Notes: generated by a model not told the origin, from the sequence alone. Counted from the stretch's first letter, positions 9,201-18,509 are shown. The stretch: DNA of 31,130 bases from a virus (IMGVR_UViG_3300005573_001279:1-31130), one strand, 5' to 3'. Program-made: numbers and translations.

Positions 9201-9623
9201 ATGGTAACACATTTTTCAGGAAAAGTAGGGGGTAAAACCCATAAGATAAGAACTAGGCAAGTAAGACCAACAAGTCCTACTCCTATTGCTGGTGATATTT
9301 ATTTCGACACTGCCACCAGCACTCTTTATATTTATGATGGAACACAGTGGTGGGGTACTGAAGTTGCAACATCAACTTCTACATCAACAACTTCCACCTC
9401 TACTTCTACAACATCAACATCTAGTTCGACATCAACAACCGTTTCTACATCATCTAGTTCAAGCACATCAAGCACAAGTTCAAGTACATCAACATCAACC
9501 ACGACATCTACAAGTACAAGCACATCAAGTACGAGTACAAGCACATCAAGTACGAGTACAAGCACATCAAGTACATCAACATCGTCAACAACATCAACAT
9601 CGACTAGTACATCAACAACATAG
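9201..9623 (+). CDS. Small fibre-like protein with ~84-aa C-terminal Ser/Thr tract
   Basis: Start moved from TTG 9165 (which is the -35 box) to ATG 9201. N-module PTSPTPIAGDIYFDTATSTLYIYDGTQW, then S/T residues with a single Val. Confidence 0.85.
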   Translation: MVTHFSGKVGGKTHKIRTRQVRPTSPTPIAGDIYFDTATSTLYIYDGTQWWGTEVATSTSTSTTSTSTSTTSTSSSTSTTVSTSSSSSTSSTSSSTSTSTTTSTSTSTSSTSTSTSSTSTSTSSTSTSSTTSTSTSTSTT

Positions 9624-9635
9624 TAAAATATAGAT

Positions 9636-9815
9636 ATGGGAATAACACATTTGAACATACATACAGGCAAGACTAAAAAATGGAGGGTTGAATCTGAACC
9701 GCCAATCGACCCGACACCGTCGTCTGGAGATTTGTATATTGATAAGACATCTGGCAAAGAAGCTATTGGAATATATTGTGTTAATGGGTGGGTTTATATT
9801 AGTTTAGCAAAATGA
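9636..9815 (+). CDS. 59-aa paralogue of the 9201 N-terminal module lacking the S/T tail
   Basis: Hand-translated MGITHLNIHTGKTKKWRVESEPPIDPTPSSGDLYIDKTSGKEAIGIYCVNGWVYISLAK; ATGA overlap with the next gene. Confidence 0.8.
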   Translation: MGITHLNIHTGKTKKWRVESEPPIDPTPSSGDLYIDKTSGKEAIGIYCVNGWVYISLAK

Positions 9816-10111
9816 CAAACTTTTCAGAATTACGTTCACAAGCAATGCAGGTAGATGTTCTTGACTCCGCACCGACGGGGGATGATTTATATGAAGGAAG
9901 AACATATTTTGATACATCTACTGGAAGGTTATATGTTTATTTAAATTCTGAATGGAGATATGTTCAGTTGACATCAACAAGTACGAGCACAACATCCACA
10001 TCAACTAGTTCAACATCAACTAGTTCAACATCAACTAGTTCAACATCAACATCCACATCAACCAGCACATCAACTAGCAGTTCTACATCTACTAGCACAA
10101 CATTGCTATAA
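9812..10111 (+). CDS. Small fibre-like protein with ~44-aa Ser/Thr tract
   Basis: Module GRTYFDTSTGRLYVYLNSEW followed by an S/T-only run, ending TTLL. Confidence 0.85.
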   Translation: MTNFSELRSQAMQVDVLDSAPTGDDLYEGRTYFDTSTGRLYVYLNSEWRYVQLTSTSTSTTSTSTSSTSTSSTSTSSTSTSTSTSTSTSSSTSTSTTLL

Positions 10112-10136
10112 TAAAGCAATAAAGCAATAAAGCAAT

Positions 10137-10478
10137 ATGAAAATAATAAAGAACATAGAAAAGAAGGAATTGAGATTTCAATTTGAGGGTTATGAGTATA
10201 GATTTGAACCAGAAAAGCCTCTTCAAGTGGAAGACGATTTATACAATTATTTGAAGGAAATAGTTCCTCTTGCTTTTGATTGGGAAGCAAAACCCCCAAA
10301 AAGCGGAGTGGTTGCCAAAGCCCCAAGAGTAAAGTTTAAACCTAATTTTCCAGGAGCCAAATTTGGAATAAGAGAGGGGCACCAATCATTGTCGACAGAC
10401 GGACTTCCTGCTAGTGGAATTATGGATAGAGATGGTGTAGAATGGTATGGAGCAGGAATAGAGGTAGATAACCCATGA
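10137..10478 (+). CDS. Hypothetical protein
   Basis: 113-aa ORF in the operon, ATGA-coupled to the next gene. Confidence 0.75.
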   Translation: MKIIKNIEKKELRFQFEGYEYRFEPEKPLQVEDDLYNYLKEIVPLAFDWEAKPPKSGVVAKAPRVKFKPNFPGAKFGIREGHQSLSTDGLPASGIMDRDGVEWYGAGIEVDNP

Positions 10479-10771
10479 TTCAAAAGAAAAATATATACAA
10501 AGAGGATGTCTCTGCGACGGGTGAGGTTATTATAAATCACCCATGTGTGGTTTTTTCTATTGTTGGTTCAATGGAAACAGATGGAGACGCAGTTATCAAT
10601 ATAGCTGATAATGCTTCTTCATACACACAGGCTACAAGGATAGAACAGATTTGTCTGACTAATGAACAGCACACGGTGCAATTAACATATCCAGGCGGTA
10701 AGAATTTTACCGCGGGCATTTCCGCTATTACTAATAAAAGCGGGGTGGATTTGTCAATAACATACGAGTAA
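10475..10771 (+). CDS. Hypothetical beta-rich protein, possibly virion-associated
   Basis: 98 aa with an alternating hydrophobic pattern; position after the capsid genes. Confidence 0.7.
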   Translation: MIQKKNIYKEDVSATGEVIINHPCVVFSIVGSMETDGDAVINIADNASSYTQATRIEQICLTNEQHTVQLTYPGGKNFTAGISAITNKSGVDLSITYE

Positions 10772-10791
10772 TTTGGTTGGATTAACCAAGA

Positions 10792-12090
10792 ATGAAAAAA
10801 GTTTGTATTCTAACAAACTTTGGTTCTTACTCGGAAGCGTATAGCTTAAACCGAGTGGTAATGAACCAGATAAGAATGCTTGTCGATGGGGGCTATAAGC
10901 CCGTTGTAATTGTTGGTGAACACTTCAAACCGATAAAAGACTATGCAGACCCCAATGTTGAATTAAGAAGAATACCAGACGTTCCCGTCTCAAACACTGT
11001 TGAAATGGATTCTACTTTTGAGCAGGATATTGTTGCTCTAGAAAGTGCCTTGTCAGAAGCCCTTGAAGGTGTTGATGTTGTAATAACACATGATATTATT
11101 TATCAGCCAGCATGCGTTAAACACTTGGTAGCATCAAAAAGAATCGCTCAAAGAAGACCAGAATTAAGATGGCTTCATTGGATTCATTCTGCAACATCTC
11201 CATATACATTGCAAAATTTAAGACCAATCTTTGTTGATGAATATACAAAAATAATATCCGAGAAATTTCCAAACAGTTTTTATGTGTTTTTCAATCACTA
11301 TTCTATTCCAAGGATTGCAAACAATTTTCAGATTGATGAGGCGGATGTAAAGATTGTCCACCACCCGACTGATATTAAAGCTTTTTATAAGATAGAAGAC
11401 GATAGCTGGGAAATTATTAAAAAGCACAGAATTTTAGAAAAAGATGTTATTTGCACATACGCAATAAGACTTGACAGAGGGAAACAGGTTGAACATGTTA
11501 TCAAGATTGTTGCCGCATTAAAGAGGCTTGGAAATTCGGTCAGTCTTTGTATATTTGATTTTCATTCAACTGGTGGAGACAAGGTTGCTTATAGGAATGA
11601 ATTAAAAGCGATAGCAAGAGATTGGGATGTAGAGAAAGAAGTTATATGGATGTCTGAACAAAAAGCATCTTGGAATGTAGAAGTTCCATATGCTAATGTT
11701 TCCGACTTTTTTAGAATTAGCAATGTATTTGTAATGCCGTCTGTATCAGAAAGCTATTCTCTTATTACACAAGAGGCTGGTTTAAGTGGTGTAGCCATGG
11801 TTGTAAACAGAGATTTTCCACCCTTCCGTGACATATTTAGTTGGATGCCATATCAATATCCATTTTCATCTAATATTAACGCTATTACTGGTCTTGATGG
11901 AGATACAAAGACAGAAATTCATGATGAGAAACAGTTTTATCTTGATATAGCCAGAGTGTTACAATATGAGCTTAAACATAATAGGGTTTTGGCTCAAAAA
12001 ACATTTTTGAGAAAAGAAAGAAACCTTGATGCTGTTTTTAGAAACGAACTTGAGCCACTAATCAATTTCGAACCATGGAAGACGCAGTAG
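10792..12090 (+). CDS. GT-B fold glycosyltransferase (GT4-like)
   Basis: MKKVCILT N-terminus, DVVITHD, RLDRGKQ, and VFVMPSVSESYSLITQEAG (E-X7-E) motif. Confidence 0.9.
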   Translation: MKKVCILTNFGSYSEAYSLNRVVMNQIRMLVDGGYKPVVIVGEHFKPIKDYADPNVELRRIPDVPVSNTVEMDSTFEQDIVALESALSEALEGVDVVITHDIIYQPACVKHLVASKRIAQRRPELRWLHWIHSATSPYTLQNLRPIFVDEYTKIISEKFPNSFYVFFNHYSIPRIANNFQIDEADVKIVHHPTDIKAFYKIEDDSWEIIKKHRILEKDVICTYAIRLDRGKQVEHVIKIVAALKRLGNSVSLCIFDFHSTGGDKVAYRNELKAIARDWDVEKEVIWMSEQKASWNVEVPYANVSDFFRISNVFVMPSVSESYSLITQEAGLSGVAMVVNRDFPPFRDIFSWMPYQYPFSSNINAITGLDGDTKTEIHDEKQFYLDIARVLQYELKHNRVLAQKTFLRKERNLDAVFRNELEPLINFEPWKTQ

Positions 12091-12845
12091 TAATTGGTGG
12101 AATGGGAATTGTTGGACAGGCTACTAGAAAAGCCTTGCAGATTCCGTGGTATTTTGACACCAAAGAGAGCAACTTATCATTAGAAGAGGCTGCTAAAAAA
12201 CAATTTGTTTTCTTTTGCACACCAACCCCAACTGATAGCAAAGGACAACAAAAGGGAATAGACATAATAGACGATTATATTAAACAAATTAAAGAATATG
12301 GCGGAAGAAACATTTTTGTTATCAGGTCAACTGTGCTTCCTGGAACAGCGAGGCACCTTGCTGAAAAATACGATGTTATGGTTGCCAGCAATCCAGAGTT
12401 TTTAACAGAAAAAACATGGGAATACGATGCTGTTAATCCAAAAATGATTGTAATTGGCGCAGACGATGTGCCAACAAGAATTGCTGTAACCAATCTTTAC
12501 AAAAAATTCAAAATTAAAAACTTTGTTGTTACTGACACGGTAACAGCCGAAATGATTAAATATGCTTTCAATATGTGGTTTGTAACCAAAATTATTTATG
12601 CTAACCAGATTTATGATATTTGTCAGATTAATGGAGCAAAATATAACACGATTAAAGAAGCATTGTATAAACACCCGTGGGGAACGCACCACCATCTAAA
12701 GCCTATTCACAAAGGAGGTCGGGGTGGCGGTGGAAGATGTTTTCCAAAGGATTTGGCTGCTTTCACAAAGTATTCAAATCTTGAGTTCTTTAAGACAATA
12801 GAAAAATTAAACAAGGAATATCTTGAATCAACACACAAAGAATGA
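12075..12845 (+). CDS. UDP-glucose/GDP-mannose 6-dehydrogenase family, lacking the C-terminal domain
   Basis: GMGIVG Rossmann motif, TPTP, RSTVLPGT, NPEFL, AEMIKY..N and catalytic GGRCFPKD; only 256 aa. Confidence 0.9.
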   Translation: MEDAVVIGGMGIVGQATRKALQIPWYFDTKESNLSLEEAAKKQFVFFCTPTPTDSKGQQKGIDIIDDYIKQIKEYGGRNIFVIRSTVLPGTARHLAEKYDVMVASNPEFLTEKTWEYDAVNPKMIVIGADDVPTRIAVTNLYKKFKIKNFVVTDTVTAEMIKYAFNMWFVTKIIYANQIYDICQINGAKYNTIKEALYKHPWGTHHHLKPIHKGGRGGGGRCFPKDLAAFTKYSNLEFFKTIEKLNKEYLESTHKE

Positions 12846-13666
12846 AATTTAGCATTTGTACACCAATAACATTTGACAGAGAAAGTCCAGACCAGAAAAT
12901 GCCTAGGTATAAGATGTTTTTAAGGTGTGCCAACTCAGTCTTTACCCAGACTTTTTCTGATTGGGAGTGGGTTATTGCTGATGATATATGCAACCCACCA
13001 GTTGAGGTTGTTCTTGAAGAAATAGATAGCTGGTGGAAGCCTCGTGGACTTCAAGTTAAAATAGTAAGATTGCCACAGAAATCTGGAAGAATTGTAGCCA
13101 GAAATGCTGCCATGAGTGCTTCAAGCGGGGATTGGATTACATGGCTTGATGGAGATGATGAGTATGCTTCTACCTATCTTGAAATAATAGACGAAGCAAC
13201 TAAGATTTATCCAGATTATAAGGTCTTTAACTTTAATCACCTTGTGTTTAACTATAACTATAAACCTTATATTAGAGAATTTATAGACATGGAAAAACAG
13301 GGAGATGCTCCATTTAGAGCTGGTGTGGTTGGTGCTGGGTCTTTTGTTTTTCATAGAGATGTCTACAAAGATATTGGCAACCTTCCAGAGCTAAATCTTT
13401 GGGAATTTGCACACGACTTTTTTGAAAAATTTCCAGAAGTGAAACCATTTTACTGGGATGAAAGCAAAAAGTCTTACCACAGTCTGGGAAATCCATGGGG
13501 TGAGGATTATGCTTACTTTTATATGATTACTAGAAAATACAAATCAAAACATCTTGATGTCGCTCCCTATTTTGTACACGATAGGTGGGGACATCATCTT
13601 CCAGGAGCAGAAGAATTTTCTGATAAGCAAGGAGCCACGCCACAATGGGACAGCAAAAACCAATAG
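12842..13666 (+). CDS. GT-A fold glycosyltransferase (GT2-like)
   Basis: FSICTP, SVFTQTFSDWEWVIADD, ARNAAM, WITWLDGDD (DxD) and GEDY. Confidence 0.9.
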   Translation: MKFSICTPITFDRESPDQKMPRYKMFLRCANSVFTQTFSDWEWVIADDICNPPVEVVLEEIDSWWKPRGLQVKIVRLPQKSGRIVARNAAMSASSGDWITWLDGDDEYASTYLEIIDEATKIYPDYKVFNFNHLVFNYNYKPYIREFIDMEKQGDAPFRAGVVGAGSFVFHRDVYKDIGNLPELNLWEFAHDFFEKFPEVKPFYWDESKKSYHSLGNPWGEDYAYFYMITRKYKSKHLDVAPYFVHDRWGHHLPGAEEFSDKQGATPQWDSKNQ

Positions 13667-14376
13667 ACATTGTTATTACAACATGGAAGAGAGAGTGGAT
13701 GACAAAACTGTGTTTAAAAGCATTAAGAAACAACACACAAACTCCCCATAGGATTATATTGATAGACAATGGAAGCGACAAAGAATCCCAAAAGGAGTAC
13801 TTAGATGTAGATATTTATGTAAAATTAGACAAGAATTATGGTCTTGAATATGCCAAAAATCTTGGAATGAAGTTTGTTGAAAGCGAATTATTTATTTCAA
13901 CCGATAATGACATTCTAGTTTACAAATATGAACCAGACTGGCTCTCAAGGCTGATTGATTTAATGAATCGCCATCAAGATTATGGTGCAATAGCATTAAG
14001 ACCACAAATATTAGTTGGAACAGGAAATATATTTGAAAATGCAGCTGAAGAAATTGTTGAATTTAGCCATGTTCCTGGATATGCAAGAATTATGAGAACA
14101 AATGTTGTCAATGAAACTGGGGCATGGAATGACAAAAGACCTCTTAGGGGACACGAGGAAATGTGGATTAGTGAAAGATTAAGAGAAAGGGGATGGAAGG
14201 TCGGCTGGGCTAGAGACATTAAGTGCTGGCATTTATTTGGACAAGAAGATACCGATGAGTGGGGATATCCTAAAGGAATGAAACCAGAAGAGCATGGTCA
14301 TAATCCAGTTTATCCAATGCCAAAAAACGACATAGAAACAATTAGAAGGGAGGTTGGTATATGGGATATTCAATAG
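13645..14376 (+). CDS. GT-A fold glycosyltransferase (GT2-like)
   Basis: IDIVITTWKR, IILIDNGSD, NYG...AKNLG, STDNDIL and EE..IS.RL..RGWKV...H. Confidence 0.9.
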   Translation: MGQQKPIDIVITTWKREWMTKLCLKALRNNTQTPHRIILIDNGSDKESQKEYLDVDIYVKLDKNYGLEYAKNLGMKFVESELFISTDNDILVYKYEPDWLSRLIDLMNRHQDYGAIALRPQILVGTGNIFENAAEEIVEFSHVPGYARIMRTNVVNETGAWNDKRPLRGHEEMWISERLRERGWKVGWARDIKCWHLFGQEDTDEWGYPKGMKPEEHGHNPVYPMPKNDIETIRREVGIWDIQ

Positions 14377-14942
14377 ATGCCAGATGGTCAAGTGAAATGG
14401 ACGGGCAGACCAAGTTGCACAGATTTAGATATCATCTAGCTAGGGGATTTGTTGAACCCGGCGATAATGTGGTGGATATTGGTTGCGGACAGGGGTATGG
14501 AACCGAGATTTTGGCTGGTGTTGCTGGTTATGTTACTGGAATTGATATTGACTTGAATCAGATATTGAAAAACTCTGAAACCTACAAACTGAAAAACGCT
14601 AGATTTATTTACAGAAATGTTGAAAAAAACAATATTCCAAGTTGCGATGTTGCTGTTGCTTTTGAGGTTATAGAACATCTTTACAATCCAAAATCTGTAG
14701 TAGAAAAGATAAAAAGGAAAACAAAAAAATGGATTATTGCTTCGGTCCCTATTGGGGAAACTGTTGAAATGATTGATGGCAAGCCTGTTGTTATTGGAGA
14801 TTCAACCCATCATTCCGCTTTTCCCACAGAAGAATCTTTTAAGTCTATGTTTGTTGGCGAAAAATGGAAGGAGTTTTTTTCATTCAGAAGCGAAGTTACT
14901 CTTATTTGTGTTTTTTATAACAAAGATGGATTTTCTTACTAA
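14361..14942 (+). CDS. Class I SAM-dependent methyltransferase
   Basis: HRFRY, VVDIGCGQGYG, GIDID and FEVIEHL. Confidence 0.9.
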   Translation: MGYSIDARWSSEMDGQTKLHRFRYHLARGFVEPGDNVVDIGCGQGYGTEILAGVAGYVTGIDIDLNQILKNSETYKLKNARFIYRNVEKNNIPSCDVAVAFEVIEHLYNPKSVVEKIKRKTKKWIIASVPIGETVEMIDGKPVVIGDSTHHSAFPTEESFKSMFVGEKWKEFFSFRSEVTLICVFYNKDGFSY

Positions 14943-15435
14943 TATCACCACCATACCAAAAAAAGAGCTTCTGGTTTTACATAATGAAGCTAGAAAGGTA
15001 GATGGCACGATAGTTGACATTGGTACCGCTAACGGGGGTTCTGCGTTTACAATGGCTCTAGCGAGCCCAAAATCAACTGTATGGACAATAGACCCAAGTG
15101 TTGGTCCATTGTTTTTTTCTGAACGCGAAAGACTGGGTCTTGAAGAAAGAGTTAGACTTATAGCAAAAACATCAAACGAAGCTTCCAACAATTGGAACAA
15201 GAGAATTGACCTTCTTTTTATTGACGGACTTCATACATTAAGAGGAATTATTGATGATATTAATAACTGGGCTCCATTTACAGATGGACACATACTGCTT
15301 CATGATTATTACTGGTATGGAGATTTGGTTCAAAGGGCAATAGATAAAGCAAGTGTCAGACTTGAAATTCTTGACATACCATTTGGTCTGCACAGCGGCA
15401 AGCCTGTTGGAATAGCAATTACTAGACGAATATGA
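14926..15435 (+). CDS. SAM-dependent methyltransferase (Methyltransf_24-like)
   Basis: IVDIGTANGGS, IDLLFIDGLH and LLHDY. The in-frame ATG at 14926 is preferred over the track's 14773 start, which overlaps the previous gene extensively. Confidence 0.85.
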   Translation: MDFLTNITTIPKKELLVLHNEARKVDGTIVDIGTANGGSAFTMALASPKSTVWTIDPSVGPLFFSERERLGLEERVRLIAKTSNEASNNWNKRIDLLFIDGLHTLRGIIDDINNWAPFTDGHILLHDYYWYGDLVQRAIDKASVRLEILDIPFGLHSGKPVGIAITRRI

Positions 15436-15947
15436 ATATTATAATTAGACACGATGATTTTGATTTTAGACTTCAACCGCAAGTCTATATTGAAAATCAT
15501 GAGAAATTTATTAAAGCAAATCTCATAGAAACGGCTGTTATTCAGGTTACTCAGGACGGCAGACTTCCAAACATTGACCCATATCTTGTTAGTTATATGA
15601 AGAAGTCAACCCACTGGAATATACAACTTCATGGGTGGGACCACCTAGAATATGATAAAATGCCATACGACCAAATTATCAAAGATTTGGGGGCGGCAAT
15701 ACAATGGATTGAAACTGTGTTTGAAAAAAGACCATATATATGGTTTCCGCCATGGAATAGGAGAAATGAAACAATGGAAAAAGCAGCAAGTTTCTTTAAT
15801 CTTATCATTGACAACGAAAGTAACGACATTAGAAAGTTTATAAGAGATATGGAAGCTGGTAGTTTTGATGGTCATTCTGTTTATTTTCATCTTTGGAATG
15901 GAAGCGAGGCTGAATTAGTAGATAGAATGATTGAACTATGCAAGTAG
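15432..15947 (+). CDS. Polysaccharide deacetylase-like (NodB/CE4 fold)
   Basis: IIRHDD, QLHGWDH, WFPPWN and YFHLW motifs. Confidence 0.85.
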   Translation: MNIIIRHDDFDFRLQPQVYIENHEKFIKANLIETAVIQVTQDGRLPNIDPYLVSYMKKSTHWNIQLHGWDHLEYDKMPYDQIIKDLGAAIQWIETVFEKRPYIWFPPWNRRNETMEKAASFFNLIIDNESNDIRKFIRDMEAGSFDGHSVYFHLWNGSEAELVDRMIELCK

Positions 15948-16471
15948 GAGATTTATCTAGAACATCAAAAGGAAGGTTTTTTATCAACACTGTTCTTTTA
16001 CCAAGGCTTGCTTCAAGATTAAAAGAAGGAAGCAGGGTGTTGTTTGTCGGAACAGACACCAACTGGGATTATAAATCCCTTTTTTTCAATCCGTCAATTT
16101 TAACCAATTTTGAAACAATGGATATTAAGGAGTCGCTTAAACCAGATATTGTTGGGGATATTTCTAATTGTCCACAAATAGCCGACAACACTTATGATTT
16201 TGTGATACTTATTGGAGTTTATGAATTTGTTAATGATAAGCCAGCCATGTTTAGAGAAATACACAGAATATTAAAACCAGATGGATTTGCACTATTATCT
16301 CTTCCAGGAAGGGGTTATTATGAAAGTCAAAATAATCATGTAGAGCCGTGGGAAGTGTGGGAAAAAATCAAGCCATTAAAAGTCAAAGAATTATATGTAA
16401 TTGAAGACACACCAACCAAACCGCCAAGTTCAGTTCATGTTGTGGCTATAAGAGAAGATGCTGTTTGTTGA
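15938..16471 (+). CDS. Class I SAM-dependent methyltransferase
   Basis: VLFVG, TMDI...PDIVGDI, YDFVIL and EIHRILKPDG...LSLP. Confidence 0.8.
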   Translation: MQVGDLSRTSKGRFFINTVLLPRLASRLKEGSRVLFVGTDTNWDYKSLFFNPSILTNFETMDIKESLKPDIVGDISNCPQIADNTYDFVILIGVYEFVNDKPAMFREIHRILKPDGFALLSLPGRGYYESQNNHVEPWEVWEKIKPLKVKELYVIEDTPTKPPSSVHVVAIREDAVC

Positions 16472-16473
16472 AT

Positions 16474-17622
16474 ATGAAAATACTTGTATTTGACAGCTGG
16501 AATGGAAAGTTTTCAAGACAACTTATTGACCATTGGACAGCTATTGGACACGAAGTTGTTTTTAATGGCAGTTATGATGAAAAAGCTGATATAGCTTTCT
16601 GGTATCAAGCCGATAATGCCTGTGTTGAAGGTGTAAATAAGGTAGATGTTGCTAGAAAGTATGTTCAGTTTGTTGATATAGAAGTCTGGGCTGGACAAGC
16701 TTCTGCTGTTCCTTGGGAGAATGTTAACGGAGCTATTTATATGGCAAAGCATATAGGGGAAATAGTTGATACAAAAGGAATTCCGACCAGAATGATAAAA
16801 CCTGGAATTGACTTAAACAAATTTACTCTCAAAGAACCACAGGAAGAAACTCCAGTAAGAAGAATAGCCTATGTGGTTGGAAATGGAAGGATTTGGGATG
16901 TTAAGAGGCTTGATATAGCTCTTCAAATTTTATATGACATCAGAAAGTTAAAACCAGAATATATCTGGCAACTTCATATCAGAGGAACATATTCAAGCCA
17001 TGAACAATACAATGCTTATTGCCGTCATCTTCAGAAAGACTTGAAATTAGATGATTTTGTTATCTGGCACGAAGACAGAGTAGAAGACATGAATCAGTGG
17101 CTTGAGGATAAAGATTATTTTCTCCTTCCAAGTATCAAAGAAGCATTCAGTTTTGCAACCGCTGAGGCTATGGCTAAAGGAATAAAGCCTATTATTAACA
17201 ATTGGCAATCAGCAAAAGAAACATGGGGAAAATTTGTATGTAATTCTTATCTTGAAATGCTTGAAAGACTTTGTGAAGATACTTATGAACCGATTGAATA
17301 TCGTAAATATATTGAAGACAATTATTCTCAAGAAAGATATTTTAAGGAAATAGATAATTTTGTTCTGGAGGGGGGTGAAACAATCATGAGTATTTGGGAC
17401 GATACACCAGTTGAACAACCAGAGCAGAAAATAGAAGAAACTGGTTTTAAAGGACTTCCCGTAAGAGCTGGCGATGATAAAATCTGGCTATTAAAAGGTG
17501 GCAAGAAAAGATGGGTTACAACTGCCGAAGCCTATGAAAAGATTGGTTTTAAATTCGGAGATGAAAGAGAAATAGACAAAGAAACTCTTGATGTTATACC
17601 AGAGGGTGAACCAATATCATGA
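16474..17622 (+). CDS. GT4-like glycosyltransferase, fused in frame to a 78-aa C-terminal module
   Basis: MKILV start (ATG 16474), PGIDLNKF, KRLD and LLPSIKEAFSFATAEAMAKG (E-X7-E). Internal SD plus ATG at 17386. Confidence 0.85.
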   Translation: MKILVFDSWNGKFSRQLIDHWTAIGHEVVFNGSYDEKADIAFWYQADNACVEGVNKVDVARKYVQFVDIEVWAGQASAVPWENVNGAIYMAKHIGEIVDTKGIPTRMIKPGIDLNKFTLKEPQEETPVRRIAYVVGNGRIWDVKRLDIALQILYDIRKLKPEYIWQLHIRGTYSSHEQYNAYCRHLQKDLKLDDFVIWHEDRVEDMNQWLEDKDYFLLPSIKEAFSFATAEAMAKGIKPIINNWQSAKETWGKFVCNSYLEMLERLCEDTYEPIEYRKYIEDNYSQERYFKEIDNFVLEGGETIMSIWDDTPVEQPEQKIEETGFKGLPVRAGDDKIWLLKGGKKRWVTTAEAYEKIGFKFGDEREIDKETLDVIPEGEPIS

Positions 17623-18509
17623 GAGAGGTTACCTACATAATAACACCAATTCATGAAAAGTTTATCTATCGGTTTGTCTACACATTGTATAAGTTTTCCA
17701 AACCCGACAGCTTCTTTTTGATTTTAATAGACCAGATAAAAAATGGTATTTCAAAAGAATTATGGCTCAAAATTAAAGACAAAGTTCATCTTTACATTCA
17801 CCCAAGAAGAAATCTTGGTTATGCTAAAGCAATGAATACGGGAATTGTTTTGGCTCTTCATCAGGGAACTCCCCTAATTTGTCCAAGCAATGATGACATA
17901 GAAATTATGGATTCGCGCTGGATGGACGGCATCTATGAAACATTTAAGATGGACAAAAGAATTATGGGGGTTTGTCCCATGAATCCACGGGTTCCAGGTT
18001 GGGGTTATGGTGTTAATTATAATCCAGAACTCTTGCCGTACAAGGAAGAATACACCAAAGAGGAATATGATTATCTGCTGTCAGGAGATTTCACTAATTA
18101 TCAAGGTCAGCTCCCCGATACTTTTCCAAGAAAGATAAAGGGTCAGATAATAGATGGAGCTATATTTATAATGCCTTATTTCAAAAGAGAATTGTTTGAG
18201 GAAATAGGTCTTTTTGATGAAAGGTTCTATCCAGGCTCAGGCGAAGATATGGATATGATGGCAAGAGCTTATCAGAAAGGATATAGAATAGTTGCTACAT
18301 CAAAAAGTTGGGTTTGGCACCATTTAAGCAAATCAAAAGATTTATATTCTTCGGGTGAACTTGAAGACCCGTATTACAAAAGCAGACCCTACTGGAATAA
18401 TATGGGCGAATTGTGGACAGAAGGACACGACCCATGGGGTTATAAGGTTGAAAACGGAAAAAAGATTTTGCTTCCAAGAACCCAAGAAATTTATGTTGAT
18501 GAACTATAG
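17619..18509 (+). CDS. GT-A fold glycosyltransferase (GT2-like)
   Basis: NLGYAKAMNTG, SNDDIE, FEEIGLFDERF, GEDMD..AR..GY and VWHH. Confidence 0.9.
   Translation: MREVTYIITPIHEKFIYRFVYTLYKFSKPDSFFLILIDQIKNGISKELWLKIKDKVHLYIHPRRNLGYAKAMNTGIVLALHQGTPLICPSNDDIEIMDSRWMDGIYETFKMDKRIMGVCPMNPRVPGWGYGVNYNPELLPYKEEYTKEEYDYLLSGDFTNYQGQLPDTFPRKIKGQIIDGAIFIMPYFKRELFEEIGLFDERFYPGSGEDMDMMARAYQKGYRIVATSKSWVWHHLSKSKDLYSSGELEDPYYKSRPYWNNMGELWTEGHDPWGYKVENGKKILLPRTQEIYVDEL

Noticed and set aside
14773-14925. N-terminal extension of the second methyltransferase
   Set aside because: It overlaps the upstream MTase by 170 nt and has no motif content; ATG 14926 gives the usual short overlap.
10792-18509. DNA hypermodification or host O-antigen conversion as the role of the cassette
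   Set aside because: No base hydroxymethylase, DNA-MTase motifs, or membrane GtrA/GtrB/flippase/polymerase-type proteins are seen; all enzymes look soluble and lie among structural genes. Disfavoured, not excluded.
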